Below are positions 1 to 11,098 of a stretch of 64,000 nt of DNA, piece by piece (position 1 is the stretch's first letter; each line of letters opens with the position of its first letter). This DNA comes from Candidatus Methylomirabilia bacterium (GTDB taxonomy: Bacteria > Methylomirabilota > Methylomirabilia > Rokubacteriales > CSP1-6), in NCBI GenBank assembly GCA_041496385.1, contig JBGQEL010000006.1:26380-90379 (forward strand), written 5' to 3'. Below the pieces are notes generated by a model that was not told the DNA's origin, did no database searches, and saw nothing but the letters and a program-made list of their open reading frames with translations. A program made the position numbers and the translations under genes.

Positions 1-384
1 AAAGTCGTGGCGTTCCCTAGGGAGGGGCCCGGGGGCGCCGCGGCCCTCGCGCGCGGACGCAAGGCCTACGAGAAGGGGGAATGCGCCGAGTGCCACGGCA
101 CGGAGGGGCGCGGTGACGGGCCGTCGGCGAAGGACCTCTCCATCAAGCCCGCCGATCTCGCGCGCCGGCCCTTCAAGGGCGGCCCCGACGTGCGCGACGT
201 CTTGCGCACGCTCCTGACGGGCCTCGACGGCACGCCGATGCCGTCGTATCACCAGGTGCTCGAGGACGACGAGCTCTGGGACCTCGCGCGCTACGTGGAC
301 TCGCTCGGGACCGCGCCCGTGGTGACGGACGACGAGCGCGCCGCCCGGCACGTGGTGCGCATGCACCGGCGCCCGCGGCGGTAG
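1..384 (+). CDS. c-type cytochrome, C-terminal part (probably 5'-truncated by window edge)
   Basis: CxxCH haem motif (CAECH), GxGDG and a distal Met motif (GTPMPSY). Confidence 0.85.
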   Translation, partial: KVVAFPREGPGGAAALARGRKAYEKGECAECHGTEGRGDGPSAKDLSIKPADLARRPFKGGPDVRDVLRTLLTGLDGTPMPSYHQVLEDDELWDLARYVDSLGTAPVVTDDERAARHVVRMHRRPRR

Positions 385-385
385 A

Positions 386-1549
386 TCAGCCCGCCGGCGA
401 GGGCTCCGCGTCCAGGAGCGCGGCGAGGTGTGCGGCGAGCCAGCCACCCGCGAGCCCCGCCACGAGCGTCAGCCCCAGCGCCACGAGGGTCTCGCCCGCG
501 CCGGGCACGAGCGCCCGGTACGCCGGAAGGGCGCCGAGCCGCACCGCCATCAGGGCGAAGAGCGCCGCCGCGTAGGCGACGCTCGCGGCGACGGGGCGAC
601 GCCGCGGGTCCAGCGCCACCATGGCGGCGAGCGGGATCAGGCCGAGGAGCTGCACGACGTTCGTCGTCGCGCCCGGCGTGGTGCCGTTCCGGCGCGCGAC
701 GATGTTGGCGACGGCGATCGGCGACGTCGGGTCCTTCGCGATCTCCTCGTGGATGACCGACACGGGCTGGAGGATGTCGAAGCCCAGGCGCGCGACCTGC
801 TGGCCCACCAGTCCCAGCGCGACGCCGCCGGCCAGCACGAGCGCGGGCGCCCACCGGCTGCCCGACAGGCGCGCGGTCACGACGTACGCGACCGGCAGAA
901 TGAGGGCGGCGAGCATCGAATACAGGTGGAAGAACACGCCGCCCTGGAGGTAGGCGAGCCTGAAGCTCGGTTGCACCGCCAGATGCAGGCCGGTGAAGAG
1001 CAGCGCGCCCGATACCAGGATCGCGACGTGGGCGGCCCGGCTCATCGCAGGATAGACCTCACGCGCGATCACGAAGCAGCCGAGCGTGTTCACGACGGCG
1101 CCGAGCAGGCCCAGGAGATGCGGCGGACTCCAGAGCGTGACGTCGATGCCGAAGAGGCGGTGCCAGAGGTCGTCGATCGGCGCCGCGAGGACCGTCAGGC
1201 CGATGCCCCACGCCGCCAGGTGGAAGCCGCGCGTGCCGACGAGGCCCAGCGCAGAGACGACGTCACCCGCCGCGGGTGACGGCCGGAGCGTCGTCCAGGC
1301 AAGCATGCCGAAGCTGAGGAGCACGAGCGCCGCGACGCCCGAGTACGTCATGACGTGCGGAGCGATCCAGAAGGAATCGCGCCCGATGATGGTGTGCCAT
1401 TGAATGTCCCACTGGACGCCCCAGCTCGAGATCACCTTGGCGGCCAGCAGGCCCCAGAGCGCGGCCCGCCGCGTCGCGAGCGAGGCGGCGCCCGTGTCGG
1501 CAAACGCCGACGCGCCGGGGATCGTCGCGGTCCTCGCGTCGCTGGGCAT
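386..1549 (-). CDS. Multi-pass membrane protein with two DxxWH...PH motifs (PmoC/AmoC-like metal-site spacing)
   Basis: Many hydrophobic segments; WDIQWHTIIGRDSFWIAPH and IDDLWHRLFGIDVTLWSPPH. Confidence 0.75.
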   Translation of the reverse strand: MPSDARTATIPGASAFADTGAASLATRRAALWGLLAAKVISSWGVQWDIQWHTIIGRDSFWIAPHVMTYSGVAALVLLSFGMLAWTTLRPSPAAGDVVSALGLVGTRGFHLAAWGIGLTVLAAPIDDLWHRLFGIDVTLWSPPHLLGLLGAVVNTLGCFVIAREVYPAMSRAAHVAILVSGALLFTGLHLAVQPSFRLAYLQGGVFFHLYSMLAALILPVAYVVTARLSGSRWAPALVLAGGVALGLVGQQVARLGFDILQPVSVIHEEIAKDPTSPIAVANIVARRNGTTPGATTNVVQLLGLIPLAAMVALDPRRRPVAASVAYAAALFALMAVRLGALPAYRALVPGAGETLVALGLTLVAGLAGGWLAAHLAALLDAEPSPAG

Positions 1550-1557
1550 GGCCCACT

Positions 1558-2004
1558 CTACCCGTTTTCGCCGCGCGCCGGCAACACGGCCGGCGCCGCG
1601 GGCCTGGCGTAGGTCACGCTCGAGTGGGTCAGAAGCCTGCCGTCCTCACCGACGCACTCGGCGACACCGTAGACGAGCCGCCGCCCCAGCTTGAGCACAC
1701 GCGCCTCGCAACGGAAGGGCGCCGCCTGGAGGGCGCCGAGGAAAGCCGTGCTCATCTGCGAGGTCACCGACATGTCGGCCCGACCGAGCCGAGTCATGAT
1801 CGCGAGCCACATGGCGACGTCGGCCGCGGCCATGAACACCTGCCCGCTCACGATGCCGCCCGGCCGCTCGAACGCCTTCCGGAACGGCACGTCGAGGACG
1901 CAGCGCCCATCGCCGAGCGCGCCGAGCGTGAACCCGTACGCTCGCGTGAACGCCACGGCCCCGAGCAGGTCCCGCAGCTCGGCCTCGCTGACCGCGATCG
2001 CCAT
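1558..2004 (-). CDS. PaaI-family (hotdog) thioesterase
   Basis: RPGGIVSGQVFMAAADVAM core and GRRL motif; ATG at 2004. Confidence 0.8.
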   Translation of the reverse strand: MAIAVSEAELRDLLGAVAFTRAYGFTLGALGDGRCVLDVPFRKAFERPGGIVSGQVFMAAADVAMWLAIMTRLGRADMSVTSQMSTAFLGALQAAPFRCEARVLKLGRRLVYGVAECVGEDGRLLTHSSVTYARPAAPAVLPARGENG

Positions 2005-2009
2005 CGGCC

Positions 2010-2591
2010 TCACCCCCGCGCCGCGGCCAGGACCTTCCGGGCCTGGTTCAGATGATCGAGTGCGTGGAGCCGCCACACGATCGCGTACGCCTTCCAGTCG
2101 AGCTCCTCCACCCACTCGAGCGGAGTCATCCTGCCGTCCGGCGCCTTGACGTTGACGACCATGACGAGCGGCGCGCGGGCGTCGGTGGCGAAGTCGTCGC
2201 GCGCCGAGGCGAGCGTCTCGAGGATGCCGCCGTGCACCCGCCGCAGCTCCTCGCGGAGCCACGGCCACGGACGCAGGAGCGCGGCCTTGGACTGGAGGCT
2301 CGCCGGGATGGGCTCGCCCGGCGGCCGGCGGCCCGCGAGCAGGCACCAGAGCTCGTCCAGCCCCGGACGGTGCGTCTCGATCAGGTGGTCCACGATCTCG
2401 TGGACCGCCCACTCGCCGGCGATCGAGACCTGCGCGGCCTCGCCGGGCGCGAGCGGTGCGACGAGGGCGTCGAGCGCCGCGAACGCGTCGGCGACGCGGG
2501 ATCGGATCTCGGCGAGGGGCGCCTCCGTGCCCCGCGTCCGGAAGTACTCGCGCGCCTTGGCGCGCGCCTCGGTGGCCGCCGCCTGATTCAT
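2010..2591 (-). CDS. DinB-family protein
   Basis: WAVHEIVDHL and C-terminal HALDH; ATG overlaps the TetR stop (ATGA). Confidence 0.75.
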   Translation of the reverse strand: MNQAAATEARAKAREYFRTRGTEAPLAEIRSRVADAFAALDALVAPLAPGEAAQVSIAGEWAVHEIVDHLIETHRPGLDELWCLLAGRRPPGEPIPASLQSKAALLRPWPWLREELRRVHGGILETLASARDDFATDARAPLVMVVNVKAPDGRMTPLEWVEELDWKAYAIVWRLHALDHLNQARKVLAAARG

Positions 2592-3196
2592 CGCGCCTCC
2601 TTGGCGAGGTAGCGCAGCACCGCGTCCTCGCAGAACCGCGTGGCCTCGGCCACGCCGAATGCGCCGGGGTCGAACGTGAGCTGCAGCGACACGCCGTCGA
2701 CCAGGCCGAGCACGACCGCCGCCGCCTGGAGGGCGTCCACCCGGCGGAAGCGCCCGTCGCGGATCCCGCGCGCCACGACGGCTCCGATCAGCCGCCGCGT
2801 CCGGTCGTAGAGCGCCGCGTTGATCGCCCGGAGGCGCCTGTCGTGCATCATCTCGCCCCAGAACTCGACGAACACGATCCAGAACTCGCGCTCCGCCGCG
2901 GCCAGCGCCAGGCAGGCCCCGATGAGCGCGCGCAGACGCCGCCGCGGGTCCCGGCCGCCGCGCGCCTGGGCGGCGGCCACCCGTCGGTCGAGGTCGGCCG
3001 TGACGGCGTCGAGCGCCGCGACGAGGATGGCCCGCTTGTCCGTGAAGTAGTAGTGGAGGATCCCCTGGCTCACCCGCGCCTCGCGGGCCACCTTTTTCAT
3101 GGTGAGCCCGGAATACCCGTCGCGCGCGAGGCAGCGGATCGTCGCGCGGACGATCTGCTCGCGCCGGACGGGGGCCACGCCGATCTTGGGGCTCAT
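2588..3196 (-). CDS. TetR-family regulator (BetI-like)
   Basis: MSPKIGVAPVRREQIV N-terminus; HTH VAREARVSQGILHYYF. Confidence 0.9.
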   Translation of the reverse strand: MSPKIGVAPVRREQIVRATIRCLARDGYSGLTMKKVAREARVSQGILHYYFTDKRAILVAALDAVTADLDRRVAAAQARGGRDPRRRLRALIGACLALAAAEREFWIVFVEFWGEMMHDRRLRAINAALYDRTRRLIGAVVARGIRDGRFRRVDALQAAAVVLGLVDGVSLQLTFDPGAFGVAEATRFCEDAVLRYLAKEAR

Positions 3197-3207
3197 GTGT
3201 TGTTTTT

Positions 3208-3253
3208 ATTGATCGGTCGACCAATTATCTACCGCCCGGCGGCGCCCGGTCAA
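3208..3253 (-). promoter_or_regulatory. Sigma70-like promoter with overlapping TetR operator
   Basis: Minus-strand TTGACC-N18-GATAAT; imperfect palindrome ATTGATCG-GT-CGACCAAT at 3208-3225. Confidence 0.65.
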
Positions 3254-3273
3254 GCGTCGACGCGGGAGGGCGT

Positions 3274-4878
<1,605 letters not shown>

Positions 4879-4918
4879 CTCCCGCGATCTTAGCATCCCC
4901 GCCGCCGGGGCGAACGGG

Positions 4919-5300
4919 CTAGGCGAGGAACACCCGCTGCACGAACCACACGAGGCCCACGAGGGCGACCGCGGGAGACAGCGCCCGGGACACGCGCGGC
5001 GCCCATGCGCGCCGCCGCAGCCCGAGGCCGAGCGGGAGCGTCGCCGCGATCACCGCGGCCTGCCCGGCTTCCACACCGAGGTTGAACCCGACGAGCGCCA
5101 GCGCGAGGTTCCAGGGCGGCAGCGCCAGCGGCGTGAGCGCCGAGGCGAATCCGAATCCGTGGACGAGGCCGAACGCGAGGCTCACGAGCCATCGGCGTGT
5201 GAGCCCGCGCGCGAACCACAGGTTCTCGACCGCCACCCAGACGATCGACGCGGCGATCGCCGGCTCCACGACCGCGTCGGGCACGGCGACGGCGCCGGCT
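4919..5300 (-). pseudogene. C-terminal fragment of a HupE/UreJ-family protein
   Basis: VEPAIAASI..A.EN, FGLVHGFGFA and FNLGVE.GQ motifs; N-terminus missing. Confidence 0.75.
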
Positions 5301-5466
5301 TCTGGTAGAAGTACGTGACGTCGACGTCGGCGCGCAGGCCCTCGACGACCCGGCGCGCGTCGGCCGAGGGCGTGAAGGCCTTCTCGCTCGTGACGTCGAC
5401 GTGGACGTCGTGACGGAACAGCGCGACGTTGGCGCCGAGCGTGAGCGCGGCCGCCGCGAGGGTCAT
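5301..5466 (-). pseudogene. N-terminal fragment of a GldG-like ABC auxiliary protein
   Basis: DVTSEKAFTPSADARRVVEGLRADVDVTYF parallels DLTESKRYSLSSQTIQLLRGLKTDVNAVGF in the 24199-25722 gene. Confidence 0.65.
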
Positions 5467-5468
5467 GA

Positions 5469-5534
5469 CTACGCGCTCGGCGACGTGAACGTGGCGTGGA
5501 GCTCCTTCTTCAGCAGGACGGCGAGCGCGCTCAC
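5469..5534 (-). pseudogene. 21-codon remnant of a GldF-like ABC permease
   Basis: VSALAVLLKKELHATFTSPSA* parallels VKVWPIFKKEMRLYFSSPVAW; GTGA overlap with the ATPase stop. Confidence 0.65.
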
Positions 5535-6217
5535 GTCAGCGACAGGAAGAGGGCCTCGAGGTCGGGCGTGTCGGCGACCGACCGGACCGCGAGCAGCTCC
5601 CCGCGCAGCAGGATGGCCACCCGATGCGCCACCTTCTCGATCTCGCCCAGGATGTGCGAGCTGATGAGCACGGTGTGCTCGCCCGTCAGCTCCTGGATGA
5701 GCCGTCGCGTCTCGATGATCTGGCGCGGGTCGAGGCCGTTCGTCGGCTCGTCGAAGACCACCACGTCGGGCTCGTGCACGAGCGCCTGCGCGATCGCGAC
5801 GCGCTGCCGGTAGCCGCGCGAGAGCGTCCGGATCGGCGCCCGCAGCACGTCCGCGATGTGCAGGCGCGCGGCCGCCCGGGCGATCGCCTCCGCCACGCTG
5901 CCCCGTGGCACGCCGCGGAGCCGCGCCATGAAGGCCAGGAACTCACGCACGCGCATGTGGGCGTACAGCGGCACGGACTCCGGGACGTAACCGATGCGGC
6001 GGCACGCCGCCATGGCGTCGCGGACCGTGTCGTGGCCGGCGACGGTCAGGCGGCCGGCCGTGGGCGTGAGAAACCCCGTCAGCATGCGCAGGAGCGTCGT
6101 CTTGCCGGAGCCGTTGGGGCCGAGCAGGCCGAGGACCTCGCCGGGCCGCACCTCGAGGCGGACGCCGCGGACGGCCGTGACGCGACCGTAACGCTTCGTG
6201 ACGTTGTCGGCGAGGCT
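5531..6217 (-). pseudogene. ABC transporter ATP-binding protein (GldA-like), apparently lacking its native start codon
   Basis: Walker A GPNGSGKT, LSRGY signature, Walker B VVVFDE, H-loop; homology extends to LADNVTKRYG with no start codon before the cupin stop. Confidence 0.65.
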
Positions 6218-6218
6218 C

Positions 6219-6584
6219 CTAGCCCTTCCGCATGTACGCCGGCATCTCCCCGGTCAGGAAGTCCTCACGCGGCGGCGCGAAGATGTCCACGACCTCGGTG
6301 TCCTCGGGGAACCATGCCTCGTGCTCGACGCCCCCCGGGATGACGCCGATGTCGCCCGGGCCGCACGACTTCTTCTCCTGGCCGAGCCGGAAGTCCATGC
6401 GGCCCTTGGTCACCCAGAAGAGCTGCTCGTGCGGGTGCTTGTGCGCCGCCGCGTGCGCGCCGGCCTTCATGGACCACCAGACGATCATCCCCTTGTCGCC
6501 CGCGAGGATGCGGCGGGAGATCTTGTCCGTGACCTTCTCCTCGGGCAGATGCTCGAGGGCCTCGAACCCTTTCGTGCTGGGCAT
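6219..6584 (-). CDS. Cupin domain protein
   Basis: HKHPHEQ and IPGGVEH motifs; GGAGG SD. Confidence 0.9.
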   Translation of the reverse strand: MPSTKGFEALEHLPEEKVTDKISRRILAGDKGMIVWWSMKAGAHAAAHKHPHEQLFWVTKGRMDFRLGQEKKSCGPGDIGVIPGGVEHEAWFPEDTEVVDIFAPPREDFLTGEMPAYMRKG

Positions 6585-6697
6585 CGCGGAGCCTCCTTCG
6601 GCGTGGTGGCCCAACCTAATCGGGCGCGCGGGCGGGTGTCAAGTGACGCGCCCGCGGACACCATGCTAGGCTCGGGCGTCGCGCGCGAGGAGGCATC

Positions 6698-7687
6698 ATG
6701 CCACGACTGCAGATCGGCTTCATTCCCATCGAGGGCGGCCACTACTACACGGAGTCGCTCGAAGAAGTCACGCGGGCCGAGGCGCTGGGCTTCGACTCCG
6801 TCTGGATGGAGGAGCATCACTCGGTCACGAACCACTACTGGCCCTCGCCGCTCACCGTCCTCGCGGGCTTCGCGACGCGCACCTCGCGCGTCCGGCTCGG
6901 CACCGACATCGCCGTCGCCGCGTTCCACCACCCGGTGAGGCTCGCGGAGGACGTGGCGATGCTCGACGTGATGTCGGGCGGACGCGTGACCCTCGGCATC
7001 GCCATCGGCTACAAGCCCGACGAGTTCGCCCTCTACGGCGTCGATCTCGAGAAGCGCGGCGCGCGGTTCGAGGAGCAGCTCGCGATCATGCGCGGCCTCT
7101 GGTCGGGCGCGCGCGTGAGCTTCAAGGGCACGTACTACACGGTCGAGGGGCGGCTCGAGCCCGGGCCCGTGCAGAAGCCGCACCCGCCGCTCTGGATCGG
7201 CGGCTGGGGCGACATCACGCTGCGGCGCGCCGCGACGCTCGCCGACAACTGGATTCCGGGGCCCACCGCGGACCTCGAGCGCCTCCTCCGGGCCAAGAGC
7301 CAGTTCCTCGAGAACCGCAGGGCCGCCGGGCGAGCGGAGCCGATCGTCGAGTGGCCGCTGACGCGCGACCTGATCATCGCCGACACGGACAGGAAGGCCC
7401 GCGAGCTCGCCGAGGAGCACATCATGATGGCCTATCGCCGCGAGTACGCCGGCGGCTGGCGCCACCCGTTCATCGACGCCTCGATCGCGACCGATCTGGA
7501 CCGGCTCATGGAGGACCGCTTCATCATCGGCGGGCCGGATCAGTGCATCACGAAGATCCGGCGCTTCGTGGAGGAGTACGGAATGACGCACCTCATCTGC
7601 CGGACGTTCTTCCCCGGCATGCCGCACGCTCACATCATGCGAGAGCTGGAGCTCGTGGCGAAAGAGGTGATGCCGGCGTTCCGTTGA
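6698..7687 (+). CDS. LLM-class flavin-dependent oxidoreductase
   Basis: GFDSVWMEEHH, HPVRLAED.A.LD, GIAIGY, PPLWIGG. Confidence 0.9.
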   Translation: MPRLQIGFIPIEGGHYYTESLEEVTRAEALGFDSVWMEEHHSVTNHYWPSPLTVLAGFATRTSRVRLGTDIAVAAFHHPVRLAEDVAMLDVMSGGRVTLGIAIGYKPDEFALYGVDLEKRGARFEEQLAIMRGLWSGARVSFKGTYYTVEGRLEPGPVQKPHPPLWIGGWGDITLRRAATLADNWIPGPTADLERLLRAKSQFLENRRAAGRAEPIVEWPLTRDLIIADTDRKARELAEEHIMMAYRREYAGGWRHPFIDASIATDLDRLMEDRFIIGGPDQCITKIRRFVEEYGMTHLICRTFFPGMPHAHIMRELELVAKEVMPAFR

Positions 7688-7767
7688 GGCGCCTGATCTT
7701 TGCCGTTGCGCTTCGTAAGTATGTGATAAACTAGGTGCTTGCGGGTACTTCTCCGAGAGATGGGAGT

Positions 7768-8829
7768 GTGAGAGCGATTCCGCAGAGCGCCTGGCGGTTC
7801 GATCGGTCGTACCAGTGGAACTACGGACACGCGCCGTCCCTTCCCCGAGTGCGGCGAATGCCGTCGGGACCAGGGGGCAAGCTCTTCGACTACCGCCTGA
7901 ACTCGAGTCTCGGCATCTCCGCGGGTCCCTTGCTCAACTCCAAGTGGGTCGAGGCCTACGCCCGCCTCGGCTACGACATCCTGACCTACGCCACGGTGCG
8001 CTCGGCGTACCGGGCGGCCTGGAGCCTGCCGAACATCCGCCACGTCGAGAACCAGGACGAGGCGGCCATCGTGACGCGCCGGGGGACGGCAAATGGCGCG
8101 CCGACGGTGGCCGTGTCCCTCGGCGAGCCCTCGATGGAGCCGGACGTGTGGCGCAAGGACGTCCGCCGCGCGAAGGAGCGGACGGGCCGGGGCCAGATCC
8201 TGATCGTGAGCGTCCTGGGGACGCCCGAGCCCGGCGGCGACGCGGACGCGCTGGTCGCCGACTACGCGCGCTGCGCGGCGTGGGCGGCGGAGAGCGGCGC
8301 CGACGCCGTCGAGGTTCACCTCGCGGTGCCCGATCCGTTCGCCGAGCAGCCCAGGCTGATCTACGAGAACATCGTTCTCGCGGCTCAGATCCTCTACCGC
8401 GTGCGCGCGAGCGTCGCCGTGCCGGTGCTCGCCAAGCTCGGCGTCTTCAAGACCCCGCGCGTCCTCCACGACACGGCCACGAAGCTCGCCGCGTGGGCTC
8501 ACGGCTTCGTGCTGGTCCACGGCGTCCACCGCCGCGTCCTCGACGAGCGGGGCAACCCGGCGTTCGAGGGCACGGCACGCGAGCGCGGCGACGTCGTCGG
8601 CCACGACGTGTTCCCCATCGCGTCGCGCCAGGTGCTCGAGATGCTCGCGTGGCGCCACGCGGGCGCGTGGGACCGCGCCGTGCTGGCCGTCGGCGGCGTC
8701 TCGACGGTGGAGCGCGCCCACTATCTCCTGCGCGAGGGGGCCGACGCCGCGCTCGTCGCCACGGCCGCGCTCTTCGATCCGCTGTTCGCCGCCCGCTTTC
8801 GCCAGACGCGCGCGACCGCCGTCGCCTGA
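7768..8829 (+). CDS. Dihydroorotate dehydrogenase-like FMN TIM-barrel protein
   Basis: GISAGPLLN, GADAVEVHL, VPVLAKL, AVGGV, GAD motifs; start uncertain (7735 or 7768). Confidence 0.65.
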   Translation: MRAIPQSAWRFDRSYQWNYGHAPSLPRVRRMPSGPGGKLFDYRLNSSLGISAGPLLNSKWVEAYARLGYDILTYATVRSAYRAAWSLPNIRHVENQDEAAIVTRRGTANGAPTVAVSLGEPSMEPDVWRKDVRRAKERTGRGQILIVSVLGTPEPGGDADALVADYARCAAWAAESGADAVEVHLAVPDPFAEQPRLIYENIVLAAQILYRVRASVAVPVLAKLGVFKTPRVLHDTATKLAAWAHGFVLVHGVHRRVLDERGNPAFEGTARERGDVVGHDVFPIASRQVLEMLAWRHAGAWDRAVLAVGGVSTVERAHYLLREGADAALVATAALFDPLFAARFRQTRATAVA

Positions 8830-8869
8830 CGGGTCGCCGCGGCCCGGCCGGGGTGCTACGCTACGGCGC

Positions 8870-9862
8870 GTGCGCTGGCTCATCGTCCTCCCGTTCGAGC
8901 GCCCCGGGCTCATGGGCATGGACTTCGCCGAGGAGCTGCGGGCGCTCGGCCACGAGGTCCGCACCTTCGAGTACCGGAAGGACAATCCGCTCTACAAGAA
9001 CCGGGGCACGAAGGCCGCGTACCAGATCTGGCTCCTGCGCCGCCTGGAGCGGCTGTGCCTCGCCTGGCGCCCGGCGCTCGTGCTCGTAATCAAAGGGGGA
9101 CCGATCACGCCCGGGCTCATCCGCCGGGTGAAGCGCCGGCTCGACACGCGGTTCCTGAACTTCTTCCCCGACAACCCGCTCTGGATGATGCCGTTCGAGC
9201 ACATCGAGGCGTACGACCTCTTCTTCACGAAGGAGCGCTACGCGCTGCGGAGCCTCCAGCAGGTCGGGCTCCGGAACCTGCACTACCTGCCCATGTACTG
9301 CGTGCCCGCGGCGCACCACCCGGTCGAGCCGACACCCGACCTGGCGCGACGCTGGGGCTCGCCCGTCTCGTTCGTCGGCAACCGCTACCCGTACCGCGAG
9401 CGCTTCGTGCGCGAGCTCCTCGAGTACCCCCTGCGGCTCTGGGGCGACGGCTGGTCGGGCTCGCCGGACGCGAAGGTGCGCGCGATCGCGGGGCCGCAGG
9501 TGTGGGGCGACGAGAAGCTCTGCGTCTACGCCGCCTCGACGCTCTCGCTCAACCACCACCATCCGATGAACGACATCGACGGCGTGAACACGCGGACCTT
9601 CGAGCTGGCCGCCGCCGGCGCCTGCCAGCTCGTGGACGACAAGGACGCCCTGCGCGGCCTCTTCAAGCCGGGTGAGGAGGTCCTCGCCTATCGCGATCTC
9701 GGCGAGCTCCGGCGCCAGCTCGACTTCTACCTCGCGCGCCCCGACGAGGCGCGCGCGATCGGCGCCAACGCGCGCCGGCGGGCGCTGGCCGAGCACACGC
9801 TCCGCCACCGGATCGAGGAGATGCTCAGCGCGGTCGACGACCGCTTTGGGAGGCGGACGTGA
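8870..9862 (+). CDS. CgeB-like glycosyltransferase (Glyco_trans_1_2)
   Basis: SFVGN, LSLNHH, N.RTFELAAAG, F.PGEE, EHT..HR. Confidence 0.85.
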   Translation: MRWLIVLPFERPGLMGMDFAEELRALGHEVRTFEYRKDNPLYKNRGTKAAYQIWLLRRLERLCLAWRPALVLVIKGGPITPGLIRRVKRRLDTRFLNFFPDNPLWMMPFEHIEAYDLFFTKERYALRSLQQVGLRNLHYLPMYCVPAAHHPVEPTPDLARRWGSPVSFVGNRYPYRERFVRELLEYPLRLWGDGWSGSPDAKVRAIAGPQVWGDEKLCVYAASTLSLNHHHPMNDIDGVNTRTFELAAAGACQLVDDKDALRGLFKPGEEVLAYRDLGELRRQLDFYLARPDEARAIGANARRRALAEHTLRHRIEEMLSAVDDRFGRRT

Positions 9863-11085
9863 CGGACTCACTCGCGCAGAGCCTCGTCTGCATCGACTGC
9901 GGCGCCGCGCAGAAACTCGGCTACGTGCTCGAGTGCGACCGCTGCCAGGGCCTCCTCGAGCTTCGCTACGACATTCCCCGCCTCTCCCGCGCGGGCGCCG
10001 CGCTCTTCTCGGGCACCGGCCTCTGGCGCTACGCGCCCGTCCTGCCGGTCGCCGATCCCGCGCATCGCGTGACGCTCGGCGAGGGCGCGACGCCCCTCCT
10101 GGACTGCCCGCGCCTCGCGAAGGAGCTGGGCGTCCGCCGGCTCCTCGCGAAGTTTGACGGGCCGAACCCGACGGGGACGGTGAAGGACCGCTCGTCGGCG
10201 ACCGCCGTCGGCGCGGCGCTGCAGTTCGGCTACGCAGCGACGTCCGTCGTGAGCTCCGGCAACGCGGGCTCGTCAATCGCCGCCTACTCGGCGCGCGCGG
10301 GGCTGCGCTCGCTCATCTTCGCCTACGAGCGCGCGTCGGCCCCGAAGCTCCTGCACATGGCGGCGACGACCTCGGACCTGATCATCTACAAGGGCGTCTA
10401 CGACGACCTGATCTCGCTCTGGGACCGGCTCGTCGGGGAGAAGCTCTTCTTCGACTGCGGCGCCTCGCGCAACGCCTACAAGCAGGAGGGCAAGAAGACG
10501 CTCGCCTACGAGATCGCCGAGCAGACCGGGTTCGCCCCGCCCGACGTCGTCGTCGCGCCCGTCGCGGTCGGCGAGACGTTCATCGCGATCGCGCGCGGCT
10601 TCCGGGAGATGCGCGAGGCGGGCTGGCTCGCGAAGGCGCCGCGCATGGTCGCGGCGCAGGCGGCGCGGGCGAACGCGGTCGTGCGCGCGTTCCGCGACGG
10701 CGGCGCGATCGCGCCGCTCAAGATCGGCTACACCGTGGCCGAGGGGCTCGCCGCGGGCGATCCCGGGAAGAAGGGGGCCTGGGTGCTGCGGCTCCTCCGC
10801 GAGCAGCAGGGCCTCGCCGGCGACGCGGAGGACGAGGAGATCCTCGCGGCGCAGCGCCGGCTCGCGCGCGCGGAGGGCATCTGGGCGGGGCCCACGGGCG
10901 TGGCCACGCTGGCCGTGCTGGTCCGCCTGCTCGCCGAGAAGCGGCTCGACCCCGCGCAGACGATCTGCGTCGTCCTGAGCGAGACGGGGCTCAAGACCGA
11001 GGCCGAGCCCCCGAGCCGGAGCGGCACGGCCTTCGACGCCGACTCGCTCCGGCGTCTCGTCCACGAGCGCCTCGCAGCGCGGTAG
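9859..11085 (+). CDS. Threonine synthase-like PLP enzyme with N-terminal zinc ribbon
   Basis: LGEGATPL, NPTGTVKDR (PLP Lys), SSGNAG, EGKKT, TGLK. Confidence 0.85.
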   Translation: MTDSLAQSLVCIDCGAAQKLGYVLECDRCQGLLELRYDIPRLSRAGAALFSGTGLWRYAPVLPVADPAHRVTLGEGATPLLDCPRLAKELGVRRLLAKFDGPNPTGTVKDRSSATAVGAALQFGYAATSVVSSGNAGSSIAAYSARAGLRSLIFAYERASAPKLLHMAATTSDLIIYKGVYDDLISLWDRLVGEKLFFDCGASRNAYKQEGKKTLAYEIAEQTGFAPPDVVVAPVAVGETFIAIARGFREMREAGWLAKAPRMVAAQAARANAVVRAFRDGGAIAPLKIGYTVAEGLAAGDPGKKGAWVLRLLREQQGLAGDAEDEEILAAQRRLARAEGIWAGPTGVATLAVLVRLLAEKRLDPAQTICVVLSETGLKTEAEPPSRSGTAFDADSLRRLVHERLAAR

Positions 11086-11098
11086 CGCCGCCGCCCGG

